64,000 nt of DNA. Source: Balanoglossus misakiensis. Lineage: Eukaryota > Animalia > Hemichordata. Below, one piece after another: positions 48,521-60,870 of this stretch. Position 1 is the stretch's first letter, and every line of letters begins with the position of its first letter. The stretch lies in the NCBI GenBank assembly GCA_040954595.2, contig CM082579.2:13889834-13953833 (forward strand), given 5' to 3'. Made by a program: the position numbers and the translations under genes. The notes beneath the pieces are model-generated. The model had not been told where the DNA came from and made no database searches. It saw only the letters and a program-made list of their open reading frames with translations.

Positions 48521-51500
48521 TTAATAATAATAATAATAATAATACTTTATTTCAGACTTTAAAAAAAAGTCCATATACCCAAAAGAGAGAAGAAAAAAAA
48601 ACACTAATGAAAATACTCTGGAAAATCTGAAACTGAGACACACACACACAAAAAAAAACTCTGCAAAATTACATGATATACAATTGCTTTCGCCAATGTT
48701 TGAAAAATATGCTGTCAGTCGCTCTATCTGATGAACAGATCGCATCAAGTAAAACATTAGAAGAATTTTCGAGTCTACACTTAAAACTGTACATATTGCG
48801 TCTAAAAACTTCACCAAGTGACAATACATGGTTTGTAGCAAACATACCCGATGCACTGCAAAATGGCGGAAGACCGAGAAGTCTTCTCCAAACATTATTG
48901 TACATAGTTTTAAATTTTTTCATCGGTTTAACTTTAAAGGATGCCCACAAACTGCAACAGTAAATATTACTACAATATGCCAAAAATACAACTTTCTTCA
49001 CATCTTGACTACAATGTTGAAAATGTCTCAATAGCCTGTTTGCTCTAACGCAAAATGCTCTTCTCTGTCGTTCAATATCTTCATTATCACAACCATCACA
49101 AGATATTACATGGCCCAGATAGGTGTGTTCAGGTACAAACTTCAAAGTGATGTCATTAAGTTTAACCGAAGGAATTCTTTGAACGCTCATATTCTTCCCA
49201 TTAAAAAGCATGCACACAGTTTTACTAGAATTATAAATGATATCATAATCCTTGCCATAAATTTCACAAATTCTAAGAAGACGGCGTAGACCCTTAACAC
49301 TTGGACTGAGTAGAGTCATGTCGTCAGCGTAACCTGAAGTGTTAGCGCTGACACCACACATGGTACAGCCAACTTTGGCTTTACAGAGTGCATTGATAAG
49401 ATAATCAATGTAGACATTAAAAAGATAGGGAGAGAGTACTCCCCCTTGTCTTACACCGTTAGAAACAGAAAACAACTCTGAGGTTTCATTACCCCACAAC
49501 ACAGTAAACAATTGATTTCTGTACCAGTAATATAAAATTCGAACAGCATACAAGGGAACATTCCTGTCGATGAGCTTGTTAACCAGTTTAAAGTGATTAA
49601 CTCTGTCAAAAGCTTTTGAAGCATCCAGAAAACAAGTAAACACTGGTCCTCCATTGCTGGTGTAGTAGCTAATGATTTCTTTAAATGCAAATAAACACAG
49701 GTCAGTTGAATGTTCTCGCTTGAAACCAAATTGTAAATAATGAGAGGTAAGAAACTCCTCACAACGAGAAAGTAAAATATGCTCAAAAACTTAAGAGAAA
49801 ACAGTTGCTAGTGCTATCGGCCGGTAGTTACTGGCATCACTACGAAGCTTAGTTTTATCCTTAATAATTGGAACTAAAATAACTTTGATAGCCTCAGTTG
49901 GCAGGTAACCATGATCAATCATAGCATTAATACAACAAGTCAAAATGGGTAAAATAGAGGAGTCTGAGAATTTGAGGTGCTCAGCTGAAATATTGTCAAT
50001 GCCAGCTGTCTTGTCGTCAGGTAACTTATGTATAGCAGAAATTACTTCGTCTTCAGAAACATACATATCAGAAGAAAAGTTAACATACTTCATTTTCTCC
50101 TCGATGTCATTTTTACCAGTCTGAGCCTGGACAGAATTCAAAATATCACTGAAATGCTTGTGCCACATAATTGCAATTTCACTCTCACCAGTCGCTCCAC
50201 CTACAGTGTCAGAAAGTGGCGTTTTTCTGCTAGTTTGCTTTCTGACTTCCTTCCAGAAGTCGTTCTGTTTGTGGCAGCATAAATTGTCAGCCATCTTGTC
50301 AGCCCTATTTTGATTCTCAATCTTTTTACAAGCACGTAAAGCATACTTAAAACGAGCTCTGAAAGATTTCTTGGTTTCAAAAAGCGGGCCTTGTTTTGGT
50401 TTACCCCCATTAACCCATAATAAAAACATGGAACGGGCATAGTCGTGACTTTCTTTTACAAAATCGTTCCAGCCAGGTACAACATGAACTTTCTGGTGAA
50501 ACTTACGCCTAATGGTATATTTTGCAGCACAATTCAATGCGTCCACAATACTACTATAACAAGTATCAATTGCCTGTAAATGCAAAGGGTCTGTACAGTT
50601 CACATTAGTGCAGAATAACTGTTCGGATAAATTAATCTTATCAATCTTGGCTTTGGTACAAGGGTGTAGGCGGATATATTCTGCTGTGACAATTTTTTCC
50701 AATCAACTCGAAAATTACATTGCTTGAAGGAACTACTGCTGAATCTTTCATCAGCAGAAGTGTTGAAATGAACCTCTATTGAAACAGGAATATGGTCGGA
50801 GTCAACAACATTGCAAAGGCTCGAAATTGAAAGAACATTGCTATGAGAAACTTCAGTGGTAACACAGTGGTCAATCCATGAAGTACTGCCATGAGCATCG
50901 CTAATCTAAGTAAACGTACCAGAATCCCTGCCTAGCAGCTCAACATCAGAAACGATGTAACCAAATTGCTCACAATGCTCCATCAACTCACGGCCAAAGC
51001 CTGTATCAGTAGTTACATCAGCATTCCAGTCACCAATAAAAAAGACATTCCCAGTGTTAATATCAGAAACAATGGAATTGATTTTCGCCAAGTACTCACT
51101 GAACACTTCAAAATTATCATTAGTATTGGTGGGCAAATAACAGTTTACAATAACAAGTTTGTCAGTATCATTTTCTAAAACTAAACCAAGCAAGCGACTA
51201 TCAGCAAACTCAACAATACTGGCAAGTTTGCCAAGCGATCTACGCCAAAGAATTGCAACCCCCCCCCCCCCCCGTACGGTCTACCAATACGGAGTTCAGA
51301 CGAATCAAAAGCAGATACTCCGAATGACATAAAATCCAGATGTATGTCATGTAAAATTGATAGCTCTTCCTTAGCAAGCCAGTGTTCTTGTAAAAGACAA
51401 ATATCATGGGTTTCACACAATTCATACACAGAATGAAAGCTTGATTTCACAGAGCGACAGTTAAATGACACAATCCGTAAACTATTTTTGCGTTTTGTCA

Positions 51501-51830
51501 TGGCGTCTGAGATTTATAGTATTTTCTTACAAGAGTATCCTGAGGCGTATTTACAGGATCAAGGGCAACTCTAATGTCTACATCAGATAATTCAACCATA
51601 AAAGAAGCATACATATCATACTTTGTTTTCAGTTTTGTACAGTTCACACCTACATCAAATTTGTCCGCAGCATAGCGCTCAACATTTTCACATGTTGTTG
51701 TTGGATTCAGCCGGGACACAAAAAGTGTACATACACGCCGCGGTCTTGCGCCTTGAAGGCCAGCTGTACTCAGCGCAGTTCCAATCACAGGCTGGGTTCT
51801 CTTAAGAGGGATCTGGGGGTGAAAGGCTTG
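48521..51830 (-). mobile_element. RTE-X-like LINE in the last ROCO intron (ORF1 3' part plus disrupted ORF2)
   Basis: ORF1 end 51498-51788 (LFVSRL...KLKTKY...ASF). ORF2 from 51501: SFNCRS, LLQEHW, GDWNAD, NYRPIAL, FLDASKAFD, GVRQGGVLSP, GYADD; it ends at 48669. AATAAA plus a (TAT)n tail at 48521-48552. Confidence 0.9.
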
Positions 51831-52192
51831 ACAGAGCCTTTTGCTGAGGATCTAGACAGGGATTCAAGACTGAGAAAAAAAAACAGAAAAGGCCCTCTGC
51901 TATAAACATGTTTTTGTGGTCCATGTGTGTCACTAGTGTGGGTATAGCCCTGACATTGTTCCTAAATCACCAGTGGCAATATTGTGGCGTTGATGAGTTT
52001 TTTTTCGATCACTATAGCCGAAATGGTTTGGCCAGGCAAGGCTAGACTTGGCCTGGGTTTCGCGGTTTCCCTATGTATGATCAGCCATGCACACATCTAC
52101 ATACTGGTATGTGTGTCACTAAGATATATGCACAATTTCATTTGAATAAATGTCTCAAAACATAAGTATTTTTCCCCATTGTTTATTCACAG

Positions 52193-53447
52193 ATGTTCCA
52201 AATCGAGAGTACCCTACCAGATTCAGATGACGTCATTGTTCTTGATCCCCAATGGTTATGTTCTAGAATATTCGGTCCCATGCTGGCTCCTGAAATATTT
52301 GAGCAGTTTGCAAACCGCTTGCCGCGGAAGTCCTTACATATGAGAAGCGAAATTGAGGAAGTTTTCCATGGTCTGGCAGATATTGATTTGCTGATAAATC
52401 TTCTCAAAGAGTTTGCCCTTCTCTACGAGGTCATTTCTGAATCCAATACTGTAACTGGGTATGTAATACCTGGGTTGTTGGACACAGATATGCCTGCAAA
52501 TCAGTGGAAACAGGATGCTACTAATTTACTATGGCAGACGGTTCCAATGCAGAGATGATGCTGATAGTTTCTCGCCAGGATTTTTCCCCCGACTTCACGC
52601 CCGAATAGAATGCCATTTCCGAAAGATCAACCAACAAACAAGTGGTATATGGAAAAATGGCATCAAAGTGTGTCACAATGCAGAAGGCTTGGTGTATATG
52701 ACAAAAGGTTGGAGAGCTATCCATGTTTGTGTTAGAGCAGAGAAAGAAGAGGAAATCGGCGAATGCTACAAATTATTAGAGACAATAACTGATATTGTCT
52801 ATGAAGTGTTAGAGATCTGCTGTCCTGGTACAAGACTTGACATCCACGTGTTGAGTTCAGATTCTCTTCGAATCCATCGCAACCCTGAAGATGTCACATT
52901 CTATACATTGAAGCAAATTCGGGAAGCAGAAGAGAGGAATGAGAAGGTGTACAACGAGGAGATGGTGATTTCAGAAGCAGCTACTGACTTTCTTTGTGCT
53001 GGGTATGATACAACCATCCTCTGACACAGTGGATATGAAAGTGATGTCAAGTGGATGCTGAAGGATGCCCTCAAGATATTTTCTAATATCATGGATATCA
53101 TCCGTTTATCCGGCAATGACTACAGGGCTATGGCAGACTTGATGGGGATCCCTCGCATGGAGGTGGATTCATGGCAATACAGTGCATTGATTCAATCCCC
53201 AACACAACATGCTTTATCTGTTTGGTCCAAGGGCTGTGGAGGACAACAACGTGCAGGCCAACAGCCAACTGCAGATAAGAAATTCTGTAAGAGCAATTTT
53301 TCCAACCTGGTTAAAATTTTTGAGCAAGAAAGTTGTGATGTCTACGCTGCCAGAGAAGAAATACATGAGATGTTCCAAAAACTTGGTGTGTCAGCTGATC
53401 ATCATGATGTTGAAGGTGACATGGCTAATCTACATCTTACATCTTAA
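52193..53447 (+). pseudogene. Terminal exon: COR remainder and death domain, with frameshift and nonsense codon
   Basis: IVLDPQWLCSRIFGPML, YVIPGLL, then a frameshift, YYGRRFQC...FSPGFFPRL, IWKNGI. TGA at 53022, then in the same frame GNDYRAMADLMGI...SPTQHALSVW...LVKIF (death-domain-like). Confidence 0.85.
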
Positions 53448-53544
53448 GATGATGACATCAACATCTCTGAAGCAGACCATTGTGACGTCAGTATATCAAT
53501 TTCTGATTAGTATGGCAAACGATGGCAGTATTTCCATGGAACTT

Positions 53545-54900
53545 CTCACATTGTCAACCATTCATTGGACGAGCCTTTGCAATCTGCTTACAAGCCAGGA
53601 CACAGTACTGAGACTGCTCTCCTCAAAGTAACAAATGACATTTTGCTTGCTCTTGATGAAAAAAGAGATGTTTTCTTGGTATTACTCGATCTTTCCGCAG
53701 CATTTGACACTGTGAACCATACCATTTTACTCAATCGCTTAAGAGACCGCTTCGGTCTCTCAGATACTGTTCTCATGTGGTTTAAGTCATACCTTTCCAA
53801 TCGTAGTCAGTGTGTACTTGTAAATTCCACCCAATCACCTTTTTATCCGCTCGACACTGGGGTACCACAGGGATCAGTTCTTGGTCCCATACTTTTCAAT
53901 ATGTACACGTCTCCATTAGGTGAATTAGTTCAAAGTCATGGTTGTCTTTATAGTTTTTATGCAGATGACTCTTCACTTTATATGTCTTTTAGTAAAGACA
54001 ACGCAGCAAGAACTGTTTCAAATCTTGAACTTTGTATTTCTGATGTTAGGTTTTGGATGTCTGAAAACTTCTTGTGCTTAAACGATGATAAGACTGAATT
54101 TGTTATTTTCTCTGGTATTTTGGGTGATCTGTCTGCTAGAGGGATTTCAGAAATTCGTGTTGGCGATTCTCTGATTCCCGTCCATTGTCAGGCTAAGAGC
54201 CTTGGAGTGATCCTTGACTCTTGTCTGACAATGAAGCCACATATTGGACAGATCTGCCGCTCTGCCACTTTTCATTTACGTCGCATTGCGCTTATCCGCA
54301 AATATTTATCTCATTCAGCTACAGAGCAATTAGTTCATGCATTCATTACGTCTCGAATTGATTCATGTAATTCACTTTTATTTGGGCTCCCGAAGTATTC
54401 AATCAACCGTATCCAACGCGTTCAGAATATTGCTGCTAGAATTGTAACTCGTTCTAAAATCACCTGTCACATCACTCCAATTTTGTATCAGTTGCACTGG
54501 CTACCTGTTACAGAGCGTATTGTTTTTAAGATGTTAGTTCTCATTTTTAAATCCATTCATAAACTTGGTCCAATCTATCTTTCTAGCATGACTAATCTAT
54601 ATGTTCCATGTCGCAATTTAAGGTCAGCTGATCAGTTCAAACTCTGCCCTGTTCGATCACGCACCAAGAGTTATGGTGATCGCGCTTTTACTGTTGCTGC
54701 TCCAATTCTTTGGAATAATCTTCCACTCACCATTCGCCAGGCACCAGACTTATCTGTTTTTAAATCAAATGTTAAAACTTTACTTTTTAAATCTGTTTTT
54801 TAGCCATTTGTTGTATTGTACTTTTGCTTTAAGCGTCATTGATCACATTTTTTTGTGGATACTGACGCTATACAAATAAATTATTATTATTATATTATTA
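53545..54900 (+). mobile_element. 5'-truncated L2-clade LINE (RT ORF 53565-54803)
   Basis: QSAYKPGHSTETAL, LLDLSAAFDTV, GVPQGSVLGP, FYADD, HITPILYQLHWLPV. 3' stem-loop agcgtca...tgacgct followed by an (ATT)n tail. Confidence 0.92.
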
Positions 54901-57900
54901 CTTGTTGCAATGTCTGAGAAATTTAACTGAGTAACGTAATGTGTGTGTGCAAGGAAAAGGTTCCGTACACACATACTGTTATAAGCCCTGCAGAGAAATC
55001 AAAGCCAATACACCAAACCACCCTCCACCATTACTGTCTTCTCAATAACCAGGCTGTACAACGAGGAGATGGTGATTGCAGAAACAGCTACCAACAGGTG
55101 ACACAACTAAAGATAAATGAATGGAATCTGTGACATAGATCTAGCATGAGATAACAGAAAGTGAATTACCCAAATACAGTACAAGACCATCCTGCAGATA
55201 CTGACCTATTTGAAGTGTATGTAATGGTTAATTACAAATTAAATCACTCTAAGGAACATGATGTCATGTCAGCTTCACAGGATGGAGACACATGCAAATA
55301 AAGTGAGTCAATTACAATTATGAGAAAGTGACAACTAAGAAATTGTCATGTTGAGTTTACAAACTGCAGCTAATGACATCAATGACCATTATAGCAAAAT
55401 AAAGTTGATTTTTTAAAAATTCTAGTGATTTTTGTGATTTGTTGCAACATTTTTTATTCAAATTATTGTTTTCACCAAAAAGCTGTACAGTAATATTTTT
55501 AATCCTGATCATCAATATCTTCAGTAGAAACATTACTTTTGTTTGTTGACAGATTTAGGAAATTCACTCTATGTTTTGCAGATGTTCATTTTGAGCCAAA
55601 AAAGCTGAAACATACATATCCTGTCAGTATACAATGTCTCTGATTTGTAAAGCCAAATTAGTTTGTAAAGAGTTAGTTTGTTTCAAATTGCACTAACAAT
55701 AATTCCAATAAGTTTAAGCAGAAATCTGAAACACTTGTTAAGAACATGTTCACAATGATTTTGTGTAATGTTCTGGACTTCAGTTTTGATGTGTACTATT
55801 TCCCAAAAGCAAATGACTAACCAAGAATATGCAATTTAAGAGAGGTTGTCATACACTTCTTGCTTTCAATTACATTGAACACACTCTCAACATCTTTTTT
55901 CTATGTACACAAGTTGTCACTTCAAGATCATTCATATTAGGATTGAGAAACTATTTTCTTAATTTTGAATTATAAACTAATACAGACATCACCATTCACA
56001 TTTTGCAGACATGCTATTTAGGTGGTCGACATATCTTTATATTTTTAGTATTAAAATGTGGGAAGAGTCACTTTGAAAACAGAAAAAAATTTGCTTTCTC
56101 AAAAATAAAAATACTTCAAATTTTCTCAATACACATTGAATGGTGGCCATCTTGATTTTAAAATTTGAATCAGTTTCGCTTTATCATTCAAAATTATGCC
56201 TGTTTAAAGGATATAAGAGTAAAAATCTCGCCAAAATGAATAAACGGTAGAGACCGATTATTCATTTTGACGAGAGTTTTACTCTCGTGTCTACAAGTGG
56301 GATGGAAGTTGTGGGTGGTCGAACGTTGATTCACTATATATCCACAGTCTTGTATCAAACATAATTAACAGAAAAATGGCAGCAAGAGAGAGATTTTGTC
56401 CCTTTAAATGTTATTCCATGTATGACCTCATCTTGGATATGAATATTATCTGTTACCAATCCTTGCAATGCAGTTTCCATAACTGCAGTTTTACAGTTCT
56501 TTTTCATGAGGACTTGAGAAATGAATTATTTACTGCTTCTTCACAGCCAGAAAGATTCTTTATAGGTTTTTAAAATCCTTGATGTGTTCAAAATAAATCT
56601 TTTACTTTTGCAATCTTTTGTGTATATGTGTGTCCATTGTTAGCATTCCCCCCCCCCAACCCCCACCCCCCGAGTTGAACACGGGCTGCCAAATTATTGC
56701 AATACAAGACATGAACTATTCCTACTGCTTCTCATGTTTGGTTTTAATGTGCACTTTCAAAATCAGTCATATTCTCCTCAATACAACTTTAGATTATTCT
56801 TGCTTAAAACAAAGAATACAGAATTATTATTCACCGTAAAAATTTGAATGACAAAAATTGTCTCAAATTTGAAATTCAAAATGGCCGCTATAACTCCATG
56901 GTGAACATTGTTTATTTTTTTATGAAACCAAGGTGATGAAAATCTTTTTTTTTTCAAATCGACTTCATATACACTTTAATACAAAAACATGGAAGAGTTT
57001 GGAGGACTGATCTTTGTGAAAATAACCAACTTAATGATTTTTTTTTTCACTCAACTACTGGAAAGTAAGCTGTGCTTTGATTGGTTGCTGACTGAGACAA
57101 ATGTGTAGATAACCAATCACAACACAGCTACCTTCATGATTGAGCATGTAGAAAGTGTAGTCTCCCTCAGAAATCGCCCAAAACATCGCTATTAATGCGA
57201 GCAGAGGATAGCATGTATGAACTTTGACATGAAATTGGTAGTTACCCTGGTTACGACGTTGATTTGTGACTGGTACACTTTCCACCCTTTGAAGAAAGAA
57301 AAAAAGAAACAAGTTCTTTTCTGTGCAACACTTCAGAGTCACAAGTGATTTTCATCAAGAGAAACTTCTATCAGGCAAATTTTACTTGAAATGTTTGAAG
57401 AATTGGCACTGAGTTGATTTTATTTTGGAGTGAGTTAAGTACTCAGGGAGTCATCATTTGGTATCCCCAGGGGGGGTCTAGATGCTGTTTTCTGATGGGA
57501 GAGACAATTCATTCCAGTGGAATGTGACACTTAGGAAATAAATAGACCATAGCACCAAAAAGAACAATTTCAGAATAAAATCCCGCATAACATATCAGCT
57601 CACAATCAGAATGCAGATAAGTATATGAGATAAGAGAAATTCCAACAAATGTCTTCATATTTGACTTCCAGTCCAACTTGAGTGGAAATGGCATAAACTT
57701 CAATGATTTTGTGCCCTTGAGCAAGGCACTTTTTATTCTCATTGATCTGGGGGGACTGACTTTGTATAGATGATTGTTCTAGTCATCCTATCCTAGGTAG
57801 ACAACATTTCTGTGTTTGATATGGATGAATTTAATAAATTAAAAACTGCATCGTTAGCCATTTTTGAATGCTGCTAAATAATAAATATATCCAGAATTTG

Positions 57901-58278
57901 ATAAAACAATTCTATTTGAAATCCATTGTTTTCTTTGGCAATATATGACCATAATTTTGTCGCAAATATATAAATGGTATATATACAGTATTATATTATA
58001 TCATGCTACCGTCCGCAATTCTGATTGGACGAGAGCTCAATCCAGCGATGCTAAAATACTCATAATGCACTGCTGGCAGAGCTAAAATGGGCCCCTGCTG
58101 AACTAGCATATGGCAGCAAAAACCACAGTCGCGCGTGTTTAAACCAAATAAATAAAACAACAATACTGTTGAATTAACGGACGTTTTATTTTGAAATTGC
58201 TCTGTGGAAATATTTTTCACTTTGCCACGCGCGATGCCCGTCTTGTCACTTTTTTTCGTCTGCTTCATGTTTAATGCT

Positions 58279-58443
58279 CGATCCCGGCTGGATCCCGGCC
58301 TTGCCGTTGTATGGGCATGCGAACGATTCCACTTGTATGTATATGGTCAGAAATTCACCATTGTGACAGACCACAAGCCGTTGGTCCACATATACAACAA
58401 TCCAATTTCGAAACCACCTGCCAGAATCGAACGTTGGGCACTG
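58279..58443 (+). pseudogene. Ty3/gypsy RNase H fragment
   Basis: LAVVWACERFHLYVYGQKFTIVTDHKPL...PPARIERWAL. Confidence 0.85.
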
Positions 58444-59399
58444 AAGCCGTCGGCACAGAAATTAAAAAAGAAGAAGAAGAAGAAGAAAATGAGCACGAGT
58501 TACACGTCTATAAAATTTACAGCTTGTTGAAATTAGGAAGGTTACTTTTCAATATCAGTAGCGCGATACGAGACAAACAACCCTCTATATACCGATAAGA
58601 AGTTGTTACCATGGTGATAAAATAAACATCTGTAAGACTGAGATCTGTCAATTATTTTTTTTCATTCATGCATAAGAAATAGATCACTAATCGAAAAATT
58701 AAAAGTAAATCTTAATACTCAACAACAGGGTTCGGCCTTAATGTCAAAATTACTCTATTCTATAAATAGCTCTCAACGGTTAGATTTTTTGAAAGTAAAT
58801 TATTGCTGATGGTTGGAATACTTAATTTTCAATCTCAGATTCCGTGAAAATATTACAAAATAATACAGGATAAAGTCGATGGCGTTTTAATTGTCACTAA
58901 TGCATTCTATACGTCCCCTGGAGGTAACCCAGGGAGATTCCTGTACGAAACAGGGATGGTGTCCCATTGTGAAGGTTGTCTATGGGAGGAAACTGATGGG
59001 CAGGCCTAGGGCTTTAGTTTTCCAGCTGAAAAATTAATGCGTTTCGTGTTTATTTATCTGTGATGTGCCTAAAGTACTCCAAACCTTCCGTTTCTACAGT
59101 CAACTTGTCGTCATATTTCATTTTTCTAAAATTGTGAAAAGAACACAAAACAATTTAAATTTGCTTCTCCAAGAACATTTTACTTCTGTTCTACAAAATA
59201 AAGGCGGAAAAATGTGTCATTTGTCTGTCGATGTTTATAGGGGCAATTTTCAATCCCTGGTTTTCGCATTAGTAGGTGCTCCTCCTAGTCAAACATTAGG
59301 CTAGTTGCGATGTTTAACCTACAGTACGTTAAAAACACACTCCAATCACAACAGTTTACCACCTTAGCTAATCCTATAAAGGGTGCTAGGTATTACAGA

Positions 59400-60320
59400 T
59401 AACGATAACGGCCGTGCCATGGTCTAGCTGCACACGAGTACAGTAGAGACTGTTTACGGTCAACTGGAAAGCAAGAGGCCGATCGCTCTAACCACTTCGA
59501 CGCTCAATTCTCCCAAGCGCGCACAGGTGCAAGCTCTGGAATGCGATCGCGAAACTTCGGACAATGCTCTGTAAAGTAAGCCCTACAACGCAATCTCGCA
59601 CAAAGAAGCTGTATTCACCTCACTATGATCTGAAATCAGCGTGTATTGATTCTTACTTGCATTTGTCCTGCGAGGCAGGACCGTCTTGATGACGACTTTG
59701 ACCTCAAGCAATTGTGATTGGAGGCGCAGCCGGCAGCATGCAAAACAGTCATCCTGCATGCATGACCGGCTACCGTACCACGCGTTGGTCAATCCACTTG
59801 CGCACGGCTGGGGCGGCTCGGCACAGGCCTGTCTATAATTTTCCTATCAACTTGAGAGCGGATCGCTACTCAAAATAGGCGTTGAAATGTCTGAATTCGC
59901 GATCATCAAGTTTATAGATCGACATCGATACAAACCCAGTTCAAGCTAGACTGATCCCCGGAAATGAACGATGCGAAAATGTCCGCATTGTTTTAATTGC
60001 TGACAATCGCGATCGTGGCGTCGGTAATTTTTGAAGGGAGCTCAGATGCTTGTCGAAAATTCCACATGAAAGGAATACAAGTCGAATTACCAAAACTATA
60101 AATGATTGGCAGCATGTCTTGATACTTGGTGCGTCATGATTTGCAGGTAGAAAGTCCTATCTATTGCTATTGCGACATGGGCCTATAGGCGCGGCTATAT
60201 GTACTGGTGAAGCTGTCGCGCCCGTGTACAGCAGCACGCACGCTCAGGCACAGTTACGTTAGCATTCAAATATCCAGATGACGGGCAACTTCAATAGCGT
60301 GGAGGCATTATACCTGATAC
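59400..60320 (+). pseudogene. Possible degenerate KolX accessory gene of the Kolobok element
   Basis: Frameshifted LRH.AYRR..MYW at ~60170-60207 and FKYPDDGQ..*RG at ~60265-60303 resemble the KolX C-terminus. It lies tail-to-tail with the transposase; boundaries are uncertain. Confidence 0.35.
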
Positions 60321-60870
60321 ATGGTACGTGTCTGGCGGTTTTTAAAATAAAAACATACTTGGAAAAATCTTTTACTGAATGGCGAAATATTGCTTGCCCG
60401 TCACTTGGAAATGACAACGCCGTGGGTCACATGGCCAGATCACGTGATTGATAGCAAAACAATTCTTTGACTGACTTTCTGCGTTTCCGTACGTTTCGAT
60501 ATTTCATCAAATCCGGGCATCACTGAAGTCAAGAGTCTGTTTAAGGTTTTTTAAGAGACGACATTATTGTACATATTATAATGCGATACATCTTTATTTT
60601 TGGCAGTTTTCTTTGAGTGGTGATTGTTTTTGACAAAAATGAATGGTACATTAAAATAACACCAAAGTCATATCCTCGGGTGTGTAGTGTACTTCTTTAT
60701 TCACTTTTATATGTAAGTATGTGTGCCTGTGTAATGATTTGTGCATTTCTTTTTAATTTTTTATTACGAAGTGTTTTGGTGATTACGGTAGTTCTCTTTT
60801 TGAAGGATGTGGTGGCCCTGATAAGGGCCGTTTGGTATGTGTATGCACTAGAGCATACGTCTCTGGGTTT

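Larger units (their letters stand above)
32426..53447 (+). pseudogene. Ankyrin repeat-Roc-COR-death domain (DAPK-like ROCO, no kinase domain seen) gene; last exon disrupted
   Basis: 26 phase-compatible exons: 32426-32524, 33779-33877, 34696-34794, 34964-35065, 14 array exons in 37856-41215, 42463-42573, 43382-43441, 44164-44292, 44735-45019, 45327-45453, 45815-45963, 47723-47893, 52193-53447. The start exon was not identified. Frameshift ~52525 and TGA at 53022-53024. Confidence 0.85.

Noticed and set aside
32426-53447. Assigning the symbol DAPK1
   Set aside because: No kinase domain is seen, the ankyrin number differs, and orthology cannot be shown without a phylogeny.
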